A stretch of DNA of 64,000 nucleotides from Cercozoa sp. M6MM (lineage: Eukaryota; Protista; Endomyxa: Ascetosporea), in the NCBI GenBank assembly GCA_040357565.1, contig JBDODJ010000004.1. One strand, 5' to 3'. The position numbers and the translations under genes are program-made. Under the pieces are notes generated by a model. The model made no database searches and was not told where the DNA came from. It saw only the letters and a program-made list of their open reading frames with translations. The stretch's first letter is position 1. The number at the start of each line of letters is the position of its first letter. This document shows positions 12,264 through 30,538 of the stretch, one piece after another.

Positions 12264-12805
12264 GCACACAGGAATGCCCCTCACACACAGGCAAGGGAAA
12301 GTGCTCTACGAGTTATCTAGTGTCCAGTGCGTCGAGTTCACGGCGGCACGCTGTAGCATGCCTTTCAGCTGTGCGCCAACGATGACGGCGCCGGTGACAC
12401 CTGCCGCAATTCCAGGTGCCATCAACCTCCGTCCCCATACATATGCGCAATACCACCAGCAATCCATGCCGACGTGTGAACCATGTTCGGACAATGATTT
12501 CGCGCGTGTTTGTGCTATCTGCTCAGAACAAGAAACGCTCGTCCGACCCGTTGACGCAAATGCGCAATCATTGAGATTGGGGGGTGCAGTAAGCACACCT
12601 GATGCCTGCTGCTGTGAAGGCGAAATGAGGCGCGAACAAATCTCTGGAACGCGAGAACAACTTGCAACCGAGTCCGCAAACTTAGAGGCTCGGCACTTGT
12701 CAGGCGATCGGCGTCACGAAGCTCACGCGGTGGCTAATGCCGCTCAGTGACCACACCCAATGACGCAGACTTAAGCACTACTCGACGCACATTTAAACAA
12801 ATGCA

Positions 12806-15572
12806 ATGGCCAAACCGAAAAAGCTAGCCACGGCAACGGCAGCCGCGAGCCGTGCTCTGGTGAGTTTGATGCAGGCTCTGCGTGTACGGCTGCACGGCGC
12901 GTTTGGTGCGCGTCGGACGTTCGCGCTGCGTGATGCGATCGTCCGCGCGGACGCAGCTGTGCGCGAGAACAGCTTCAGCGCGGAGAGGCACTCACTGCGC
13001 GCGGAGACGGGCACCGCGCCGATCGGCGAGGTGGCGGCCTTGTGTCAGAGTGTGCTGTCGGCGGTGCGACTGATGACGCCGGAGTTCTTCCAGCTGCGTT
13101 TCTCCATGTACGTTTCTCCATACACGCGGAGCGATGATCTCTTGTGTCTTGGTCGCAAAACCCGGTCCTACAGGGACGAGGTGTCCGATCCGGAGGCGCA
13201 GGAAGTGGCCGAGACGGCGTGGGAATCGCGCGCACTCGTGTCAGAGTACGAGCGTTAATACCCCCCCCCCCCCCACCCCATTCACCCCCTGTTGCTGTAG
13301 ACTGTTCGACAAGCTGGCGCACCTGGAGGTGCCGGAGAATGAGCAGTCCTACCGCGATGCATTGACAGCGACGGCATCGCTGGCTGCGGCCTACGTCTAT
13401 GTCGCCCAGGTAACCTCTATACTGTTTGTATGTGTGTGTATGTTATGCATGTTATGTAGTTGGAAGGCGAGGACAAGGAGGTAGTGTTGAGCCCCCTTAG
13501 TCACTTTACCCCCTTTACCCCCCTCTCCTACCCTTCAGATGGCGGTGAAGCGAGTGCTGCGGGAGCGCGTGCTGACGCGGAAGCGGCGCGAGCAGCGCCA
13601 AGGCGAGGGGCGGCCGGTGTCGCCGAGCGAGGAGGCGCTGCAGGCGGCGCTGTGTCTCTCGCTGGCCACGCACTGCCGCGGCGACAGTCAGTTGCGCACA
13701 CTGCTGCGTCCGCTGCTCTCGATGGTAGTCTCACCTCCGCCCTACTGTCCCACCCCGGTCTATCTTTGTACATGCTAGCAGAACACCCAGGACAGGTTCG
13801 GCACTCTGGTGCACCACTACGTGCAGGAGTACTTGAATGCCGAGACTTCTCAGGACACCAACACAGACACACTGGACACCAAGACACTGGATACCAAGAC
13901 ACTGGACACCAAGACACTGGACACCAAGACACTGGATACTAGGCTACCGGAGACTCACACTCAGAAGACTCACACTCAGAAGACTCACACCCAAAAGACT
14001 CACACTCAGGAGACTCACACTCAGGAGATTCCGACCTGTTCGGACGTCGGCAGCGTGGTCGACACTGCGCGCAATCTCGTGCTGCTGCATGACCTGCTGG
14101 ACAAGTGGAGGTGCGTCTCTCCTACCCCCCCCCCCTATCCTACCCCTACCCTCTTACCCTCCTATCCTACCCTACCCTCTTACCCCTAGTGGAGAAACCA
14201 GTCGCGTAGAACTCGAAGAGTTGCGACAAAAAGCTCTGGTACGTGTTTACCCCCCTCCCTTGTTACTTCCTCAATGTGTCAACAGGTGGCACTACAAGGC
14301 TCCCTGACGGACGTACTGTCGTCGGACAAGAAGAAGGAGGAGGAGGAGGGGCAAGTCGGTGTCACTGAGACAGTGAGTGAGACCTCGGCGAGCCAGAGTG
14401 CCAGCGTGTCGGACTTGTTGCGACTGCGCGCGCATCCGCAGCAGCTGCTGCCCGTGTATCAGAGACATGTCGGGTCCATCCTCAACAGGAGGTACCTTCT
14501 GTCCCTCCTTTAAGCACTCCTTGCCCTCAAGTACCCCGCCATCTGAGCAGTCGCAAGGTGTCGCCGACGGTGATGACGGAGTTCGCGACGGCGGCGTTGC
14601 GACTGCGGCGGCACGAGGAGGCACTCGCGCTGCTGAGACAACTGCCGCGCCGTCTGACCAGTCGCATCGAGGTCTCGGTGCTGGACAACCTGCTGCGACA
14701 GTTCGAACGCGCCGCCAAGAACCTTTCGTACTCTACGATGATTATGATGATCATGCTGACACACGTGTACACCCCATCTGGCAGAGCTGACCAGTCTGCG
14801 CAGCATTGTATGATCTCGATGGTTGGACCGTATCCTCTGCTCTTGTTGTTGTGTCTGTGTGTCTGTGTGGTACCTATCTTGAATGACTTATCTGCACAGT
14901 CTGCGTCGCATGATGTGGTACCAGGTACTGCCACCGCCGCGCACACTGGTACGCGACTGGTGGCCGCGCCTGCAACGACTGTACGGTCGTCTGGCACGCG
15001 GCCACCTGGCGCTGCTGCGGAAGGACGGGGCGCAGAAGGTCCTGTCGGCCCAGTCGGCGTGGCTGCGCAAACAGTGCGAGGACAGAACGACCACACTGCC
15101 GGTGTTGACACCACTCGTGCAGTTCTCGACCTACCTCAGGCTAGTGTACGTCGCATTTGACCTACCATCTGACCTACGTTCTTGCCCTTACGTTCTTGCT
15201 CCCCTCCCCCTTCCCCGCAGCAATGACGACGACCTCGCCAAGATCAAGGAAGAGGAACTGCAACAGACGTTGCAGTTGACGCTAGCCTTCTCGGAACGAC
15301 AGCACGAGCTGTCTCACGACGATACCGATGGACAAGAAGACGAGCACACCGACACCGACGCCAACTCCAGCAGCAGTCAGAGTTCGGCGCCTTCGAAGCA
15401 ACTCGTGCTGCTACGCTTGGCCGTGCAGCGATTGCAGCGAGCGCTCTCGTCGGCGCGCCGGCGGCAGACCTCTGCTTCACCAAGCACCTCGGACGTCGAC
15501 TCACCGACTGATGACGCCGATCAGTTTCTGGTTGACGCTGACGCTGCTAAGACCAGCCGTGCTGTCTTGTAG
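12806..15572 (+). CDS. Hypothetical alpha-helical protein, multi-exon
   Basis: Chain of GC3-rich exons joined by GT-AG introns (MAKPKKLATA...; ...LFDKLAHLEVPENEQSYRDAL...; ...LRRMMWYQVLPPPRTLVRDWWPRLQRLY...SRAVL*); no family recognised. Confidence 0.65.
13853..14026 (+). repeat. Coding 15-bp minisatellite giving (DTKTL)n and (E/KTHTQ)n pentapeptide repeats
   Basis: gacaccaagacactg x~5 then ag/aagactcacactcag x~5, in frame within exon 13809-14110. Confidence 0.8.
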
Positions 15573-15811
15573 TTCATAATTTATCAACGCTACTTCTCAA
15601 GGAAGCTACGGAAACCGAACCGCCTGCCGTCACAGGACTGGCTATGCGATGAGTAGAGCCGTGACTGTACGCGTACGGTGGGTGCGCTCACGTCAGGGCC
15701 CGCTACACCGCGACTGACGGAGTAGGTACATATATGTTTTGAACTTGTCTGGTGGCAAGCTTCTAACTCTGTGCATCTCATCCCACTTTACTGATGGTGG
15801 GTACTGGATGC

Positions 15812-15886
15812 ACTTAATGCAAACTTTCGATATTCGCTGGAGGGCTACGGCTCGCCGGAGTTTGTTGGGAGCCGGTGTACATGTTG
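15812..15886 (-). repeat. ~75-bp dispersed repeat, copy 2 = last codons and stop of the IQUB gene
   Basis: Reverse complement encodes NMYTGSQQTPASRSPPANIESLH*; ~92% identical to 7910-7982. Confidence 0.9.
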
Positions 15887-18800
15887 TGGAGCGAGCGGAC
15901 TTCGCTTTTACCGCTCTCGTCTGCAACCGGACGAAAACGCAGCGGCGCTTTGACCTTGCGCTTCGGCAGTCGTTCCAGTCGCGGATTGAAACGGAGATCG
16001 CTGGCCAGTTGTTCGAACAGCCAGTAGATACGCTCGCGCAGTCCGATGAACGCACTGTACGGCCGCTGTCTGGCCTGGGCGGAGAAAGTCCAGTAAATTC
16101 GATCCCAGCTCCCAGCACAGAAATTGCAAAACGTACTATTCCATCCAGCTCTTGCTCGCACAGCTCAACGAACTCTCGAGCACGATTCGCGTTTGCTCCA
16201 GTCCACGCTCCTAGAGACGGAGGCACGGATGAATCTGGTGTCACCTTGAGCAAAGTGTTTATGTGTACCAACTGCAGGATTGCGCAAACGTTTCCATGCC
16301 TTGTACTCGTCGGTGGTCAAGCACAGCGAGTGAGACTGCCAGTCCTTTGTCGACAACGACTTCAGCCGTTCGTCCTCTTCTGTGAGCTGTCTTTTGTCAA
16401 CGTTGTCATAGAATCGTTTCTCAAACGCGATCACGCTCCACCTGAATCCACAAAAATCGTCATGATAAAACAATCTGGGGGCATCGATCGCATTGTATCG
16501 ATGCGAAACATACTTTGCCTTCAGTAATGTGTCGGCTCGTTCTTGTGACGGTACTCTAGTTTTGAGAGAAGGACGTAGTTTACAGGCCAAGTCGTACAGG
16601 TAGCGTGCTCGACGAATGTCCTCATTCTCAACAAGCAGTCTGACTTGTTCCACCTCTCCGAGTGGGCCAGTTGTCTCGCACTCGATCACACGGTCATCAG
16701 CTATCGTGGACAGCTTTCGCATTTGCCGTTGTTTTGCTTGTCTCGTCATCTGCGCGTTCATCGCGTACTCTAGCCTTCTCACAAGCTCTGTTTGCTCAAG
16801 GCTTAGCCGTGTTTTTTCACTGTCGTTCGCGACCTTCACTCTTCTGTCGTTGAACGTCGTATCGATTTCTCGTCGCAGTTTTTTGAACACTTCACGCGGA
16901 ACAACTTCATTAGCATGTCGACGTTTTTCGAGGCGAGTCACTTTTTCTTCGACGGCGGCAAAAAGAAGTGACGCCTCGAGTGCGGCATGGTCGGCACATT
17001 GCTTGCGCAGACCGGCCCAGCGTTTCTCTTCTGCCGCACGGAGGTCTCTCTCATGACGCAGCTGTTTCACTTTGCGGAGCGCAAGTTGGCGTCGTCGCGC
17101 GCATTGAATGGTAACACACGCTTCTTCTCGCGCTCTCATGACTTTGCTTGCTGTGACGTAGTTTCGAGGGTCGACAACAACCTCCCTCTCGTCTACGGCG
17201 GGGTCTCTCAGGCAGACACCGCGCCTGACCATCTGGGTCGCGACTGTTTTCGTGCACAGTGTCGAGCGTGTCAGCGTATCAACGGTTTGAGCGTCCCGAG
17301 AGACGTTTTTGAACGAGTAGTCGCTTTGCACGCAAGGATGGAGTTGCTCGAAGCGGGCCCGAAGGAAAGATTCGTCGGTCTGCGCCTCTGCGTGATACCG
17401 GATTTCGCCGGTGCTAGGCCGTTTAATGCCGCGACGTCGTTGGCGAGACCTGAGGCTCGCCCCGCCTGCTGTTTTAGGACGCGACACCTCCACTTTCACT
17501 TCGTGCGATAGTCTTGCACTTTTGTAGATCGGCACCGTGCACGCAAAAGTCTCCGTGTCTTTGCCGGTTCTGGCCAAATCTCTGAAAAAAACGGCAGCAT
17601 CCGAGTTTTTGTAGAGCTCGAACTTTGACGATCCAAGCTCTTCCTCAAGTGTGCTTTCGAGGTGCGAAACTGCAGTGGCTTGAGCTCCCTCGACCAAGTA
17701 CGATACCACCGGAATTGATTCTAGCTTTTCGCGCACCTCGGGATCGAACTGAGATAGGTCCTCGGTCCATTGCAGAATTTGCTTTTGTCTTTGAGTCAGG
17801 CAGTTAAATGTGCCTGCAGCTGTTGATATCGATTGGGCCGAAAGCTGGGACAGCGAAGTCTCAAGAAAGTGCTGATCTGTCGCGTTGTGACTACGCAGGC
17901 TCACTACGAATGTGGTTCCTTCAGCTCCTTTAGTTTCAGGCAGCATCTGAAGCTTGTCTCCTGAGGTGGTGCGCAACTGTAAAATTATATTTCCGAATCA
18001 ATTTACTGCAGCGGGTACCTTTGAGGTCCTCAAAAAAGGTGCTTGCATCAGAGCGTTTGTATATTTCAAACTTCGACGACCCAAATTCGTTCTCCAGTTT
18101 GACTTCAAGATCAATGGCAGTGGTCTCATCGGTTCCATCAACCAGGTAGGAAACTACTGGTGTCAGCGCAAGCTTCTCACGAAGTTCGGGATCGAACTTT
18201 GCGAGATCCTCCGTCCATTGCAGGGCTTCCTTCTGGTGTTGAGTCAGACAATCGAATCTGCTTGCAGTTTTCGACAGCGATTTAGTCGAGAGCTGGAACA
18301 GAGCGTTCTCAAGGAAGTGTTGATCTGCCTCGCTGTGAGTGCGCAGACTCACAACGAATGTGACTTCATGCTTGCGTGCCCTGTGCTCGCTCCTTGGCCC
18401 TTGAGCCATAAGCGTTAGATATTAAATTCTGGGGCAAATTATCACGGGTATCCTGGTAACATTAGTTAGTACCTGTGAGGCCCGCGAAAAAGGCGCCAGC
18501 ATCAGAGCGTTTGTAGATTTTAAACTTTGACCGTCCGAATTCGTCCTGAAGTTTGCTTTTAAGCTCCGGAGCTGCAGTATTTCGAGCCCCCTTGACCAAG
18601 TACGACACCACCGGCATCGATTCAAGTTTCTCGCGAACCTCAGGGTCGAACTGGGAGAGATCTTCCGTCCACTCCAAAGCGTGCTTTTGTTCTTGAGTCA
18701 GGCAGTTGAATGTGCTCGACGCTTTTGACACCGACTGGGCCAGGAACTGCGACAGGGCGCTTTCAAGAAAGTGCTGATCTGTCCCATTGTGACTGCGCAG

Positions 18801-19635
18801 GCTCACTATGAATGTAGTTTCTTCTGTTGCCTTCACTTCATGCTGAGTCGCCTTGTCGTATCCTGAGGTTAGTGCACGCAACAAGTATCTAAATTTACAA
18901 GCAATACAGAATAGAGTGCAAAAGTAAATTCGGTTGACCTTTGAGGTCTTCGAAAAAGGTCTTGGCATCAGAACATTTGTAGATCTTAAACTTTGACGAC
19001 CCGAATTCAGCCTTCAGATTACTTTCGAGTTCAGTGACGGCGGTTCCATGCGTTCCATCGACCAAGTACGAGACTATTGGTGTCAACTCAAGCTTCTTGC
19101 GCACTTCGTGTTCAAACTGAGAGAGGTCTTCAGTCCACTGGAGCAACTGCTTTTGGTCTTGAGCCAGGGAACCGAAAACGGTGCACGAAGCTTCCGATAC
19201 AGTTCGAGCGGGCAACTGCGAGAGAGCCGTCTCAAGGAAGTTGCGATCTGCCGCATTGTGAGAACGCAAGCTGACCACAAATGTCTCTTTGCCCGGGGGT
19301 TCAAACTCGAGTTCCTCATCGTCGGAAAAGAAGCTCGCAACGTCAGCCGCCACAGCGACTTTGTAGTCACCAACTCTTGATTTGAGTAACGCGACAGCTT
19401 CTTGAAGCTTTGCATCCGTCTGGCACCGGTTTAATTCGACAGCGTAGACCGGAGCTGTAAGAAGCTCGCCGCTGCACCACTTCAACGCCTCAAGCTGCTT
19501 GGGGGTCAGGTCTCCGTATCTTCGTCGCACCGTCTTTGCAGTGGCGCCGCCGAATGCATCCACAATCAAAGTCCTGAATTCCGCAACATCGCTTCCTGAG
19601 GAAGAGCAGATCGCCACTACACACTGTCCCGGCAT
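15814..19635 (-). CDS. IQUB: IQUB-like (radial spoke) protein with N-terminal array of ~115-aa NDK-fold-like repeats, 7 exons
   Basis: C-terminal half has IQUB signatures: GIKRPSTGEIRYHAEAQT, RDAQT..TQM..GV, ACVTIQCARRRQLA (IQ), LLKAKWSV, REFVELCEQE, GLRERIYWLF..FNP. N-terminal half has 4 close repeats plus 1 degenerate repeat separated by phase-1 introns. Confidence 0.8.
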
Positions 19636-19988
19636 CTGATCCCCTGTAACGTGCGCGCGCCTTGTCAGTTGCTGTACCCACTGGCAGTTTCGCTGGCTCC
19701 GTCTATCAGTCTAAACCAGCGAAACGATTGCAGCGTTTTTCCACTAAAATCAACTGAAACCAGGCCGATGCAGCCGATCGAACCTGAAGTAAATTCCAAT
19801 GTTACTAGCGATTTCACGTCACGTCCGTCAGTTAAAACTTGCAATTGTCGATCGCGTACAGCGGTCCGCGACGCGGCAGCACGATATGATCAATTTGCCA
19901 GTTAGTTCAGTTTAAATGCACTAAGTTTAAACTTAACTTAAAAAACCCAATGACTATATAGCAGTACGTACCCCTGTACTAGTCTAAA

Positions 19989-20202
19989 GGGTGGATTACA
20001 AGCATGACCGTAGTCCACCGCCGCGCCTCTGGCCACCCGCTGACGGTAGGGTGGGTTGTGTTCAATGTCACTCTACGCATTCACAGTACCGAGGACGACG
20101 AATACCGCATGCGATAGGTTTACGACAAGTTTGAAGGGGACCACGCATCTCCTCAAAGCTCAGGTAGGCTTGTGTTAGCACACGCTATCCACCCACCCGT
20201 CA
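19989..20202 (+). ncRNA. Putative structured RNA/hairpin element, family unknown
   Basis: Stems GGTGGATTAC/GTAGTCCACC, TGACGG..GGGTGGGT/ATCCACCC..CCGTCA and TTTGAAGGGGA/TCTCCTCAAA; G.T wobbles work on + strand only; TATATA about 30 nt upstream. Confidence 0.3.
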
Positions 20203-20224
20203 CCCCACCCCCCCCCCCCCCCGC

Positions 20225-20593
20225 TCATTGGAACCAACGCTGTAACATGTCGCGAACGTCAATCTTGAAATCGCGCATGTCGACCTTGAAATCGCGCATG
20301 TCATTCTTGAAATCCAAGAAATCCGCACGAAGGTCTGCTCACGGATTTCAAGTTTAATAGTCCGAAGTGGTGGACACACGAAAAAGTAAAGAAACTGTAC
20401 CAGCGGCGATTTTTTGAGCAACACCATACGAAATGGCTAAACAAGCAAAACCAGCGCCTCCAATGTAAAGCTTGTGGTGGTGTTGGAAGAACTCAGTTGT
20501 TTTTCTGGACAAGTCGGCGAAATCCTTTGCCGCAGATGTGGACTGGCGCCGAAGCAACATTTGGCGGCCACAGCGCGCCGCTTTGATCATCAT
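20225..20593 (-). CDS. Small (~100 aa) putative mitochondrial single-pass membrane protein with heptad-repeat tail, 2 exons
   Basis: MMIKAARCGRQMLLRRQSTS (presequence-like)...LYIGGAGFACLAISYGVA (TM)|DLRADFLDFKNDMRDFKVDMRDFKIDVRDMLQRWFQ*; 21-bp DNA repeats at ~20264-20314. Confidence 0.6.
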
Positions 20594-21015
20594 GGCCACC
20601 CGAACGTTCTATTGCTTTCGGAAACATGATAATTATTTTTTGTGTGGTTTTTATTTTAAGTCCAGTTTACGAGTGTCGGTTTTGAGCGATCGAACTCGCT
20701 TTAACAGATTAGTTTATGCGTGACATGTCGTACAGCGCGCCACACATGGTGCGCTTAGCTTTGTTAGTTAAGTCCGTACGGAACCAACAACTCGGTTCCC
20801 CTGTGTATGACCTACAACAGAACAGGTGCCGTGAGTAGAACAGCCTGTCTAACCGTCAATCGTTGGTGTCAAACCGACTAAAAGGTAAACCGACTGGCCA
20901 ACGTCGATCGGCGTTTCGTTTCTTTTCTGCGCCTTGGGAAAAGAGGACAGCAAAAAGCAATGCAAGGCGCGCACGTTGGTGCCAGCAGTGTGCTAGTTGT
21001 GCGTCAGAATCATGG

Positions 21016-22630
<1,615 letters not shown>

Positions 22631-23261
22631 GTGCGGTGTCATCATTCGGCGCGACATGTTTGATCGCGCGTACCTTGGAATTAATGTATCAATATAGAGA
22701 TACGTAATTATATGTGCATATGTGCAGCAAGCAGCCTCGCTTCGAGTTGCCGATCGCGATCCACGACGACGGCACCGTGACCTGGCGCTCCTTTCGTCTC
22801 ATTGTGCAGCTGCCGTCTACATCGTCTTTTGCTGGCGTATGCGAAGCTTGACTTGTGTCACACCAACCGAACCAACCAAACCATTGAGCTCCCTCCTCAT
22901 GGACTACTGCAAGTGTAGGCCACTTCGCGCTCGGCAGGCGCCGTTCACTGAGTGTCGTCCATCTAAATTACAGGCCATGGGGACCATGCTAGCAGAGTGA
23001 ACGGAGCCGGCCACTGTTCCCGATTTGCCGCAGCCGATTTCCTGTTTTTGGCCTACAGTGGCTAGCGCCAATAATGCCGGGTGTAATGTTTTCTACGATG
23101 TAAAATTATGCTGAGCACGGATAAAATTGCCAATGCAGCTTAAATAAGCTGGGTTATCACGGTGTTCTACGGTGGATAGCCCGTCAGTACGGTGTGCGTA
23201 TGCATACAGAATCGGAACCGCACTATCAAAAGCTAGGTCACAGCGAGCACGCCAGGGTAGG

Positions 23262-28754
<5,493 letters not shown>

Positions 28755-28949
28755 CACAAACACCAAAACACACAGACGAAATAGCCTAGGTTACTCTGTC
28801 CCCAGGCAAATCAAAATTTGGCTGTGGTGTTATGCACACACACCCTAAGTGTGCACGAGCAGGCGCACGCGTGCCAGCGCTGCGTTGCACAACGCGTCCA
28901 CTACAGCAAGTGCCGTGTAATGCCCGCTGCGCTCTCGGGGGAGGATCAC

Positions 28950-30432
28950 TTTTGCTTTTGATGAAATCCCTTGGATCACTCGTGGCCGATCTGATCGACG
29001 TTGATCGTGGCATCATCTGTCATCATTTGTCGCAGGGTAGTATCGAACGACGTTACACTTGTGGCACAGCACGCTTAACTGATTTTAAACGCATAGCACA
29101 AAGTTGACGGTTGGGCGTTGCTCCAAGCGTTCGGTACGAGTCGACTTTAGTTGCCTGCTGCCCCTGGGTTAGTGTCGAATACTACTGTATCCCTTCACAG
29201 TAGGTCAAGTCGGAGTTCCGCTTGCGTGCGCGCCTCAGCGTGGATGCCAAAAAAGCGTTGCAGGCGAGCGGCCCTTCCGACCACGCGGATGGCCTCCTGA
29301 GGAACGTTTGAAACGTTGCAAAACACAGGCAGTACTTTAAAGGTAACTGTGTACCAGGTAAGCGTTCTTGGCGCAGTCGTGTTCGTTGTTGCGCTGCAGT
29401 GCCTCGCCGAGATGCAGCAGCGACGTGGCGCGCACTGTGGCCTGCGTGCGCGCGTGTACAATGCCGTGTAGTGTGATATGGTAGCACAGCGAGGGAAGGC
29501 TTACAGCGAAACGATCGCCCTGCCGTTCGGCCCAGTCGCTGGAGGGTCGAACATTAAATAGCACCTTCGGAAAATAAATACATGGGGGGGATACCAGTGC
29601 TCCAATGCAGCACGTGCGTGGTGGAGCGCAGCTTCGAATTCATTTTGTGGGACTTCCGTCTACATAATGCAGTACCTGTTTGGTGTCCAAGGGAGGAAGG
29701 GGAGGCTACCGATGCAGCAGGTGCCTTGAACAGCAGCAACGTCAGCGCACGTCGCACTATCCACGGCTGCGACGACAGCGTCAATGCAAAGCCTTTGTCC
29801 AATCAGACAAATCTCATCAGTTGAGGTGGCGTGAGGGTGCACTGCACAGTACCTGCAAGTGTCATGTGCGCCCAGGGAGCATACGTATCGTGCGCATTGG
29901 CGAGTTCCATCAGTGCCACTGCCGCGGCGTGGCACTTCTTGCCTTCATGGAAAGGACCCCGTCATATAAACTGATAGTGTAAATTACACGACTTGAAATA
30001 ACAGACACGAGTAGCATCCGCACCATGTCCAGCACGTTTGATGGGAGACACCACAAGTGCAGCACCGCCATGCACAAACATGGCCTGCCGAACTCTTAGG
30101 CTTGATACCTTGAGATCCACTGACTGGTGTAACGTACCGTGCGAAGTGTCAGCACGCGGCGTTCGAATTCTTCCTGAGACAAGACGGACTGGGAGCCGGC
30201 GGACGCTGTATCGACATGTTCGATACGAGTGTATACCCAACTGGATATCGGCGACAGGTACCCTCTTTGTTAGTAGAATGCATGAACGATAAGACTCCCT
30301 CATGCACAGCACTTTCGAACACCTGTTCAGTAAAGCACTCGAGTTTTGTACGATGGGCATAGTCTCAACTGAAGGTACCTGCAAGGCACAGAGTTTCATG
30401 CGACGCCGCTTGTCGGCACTGTGCCCGTCCAT
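28950..30432 (-). CDS. Possible hypothetical helical protein (or 3' continuation of the upstream secreted-protein gene)
   Basis: Spliceable segments MDGHSADKRRRMKLCALQ|VFESAVHEGVLSFMHSTNKE|ASAGSQSVLSQEEFERRVLTLRT|...LLHLGEALQRNNEHDCAKNAY; 3' end unresolved. Confidence 0.35.
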
Positions 30433-30463
30433 GTCCGTCAACAGCGTGATTGCAAGGGCACTA

Positions 30464-30538
<75 letters not shown>

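Noticed and set aside
19950-20110. U3 snoRNA or SRP Alu similarity
   Set aside because: GAGGACGA and TGTAATCC fragments are present, but B/C/D boxes and the SRP S-domain motif are missing.
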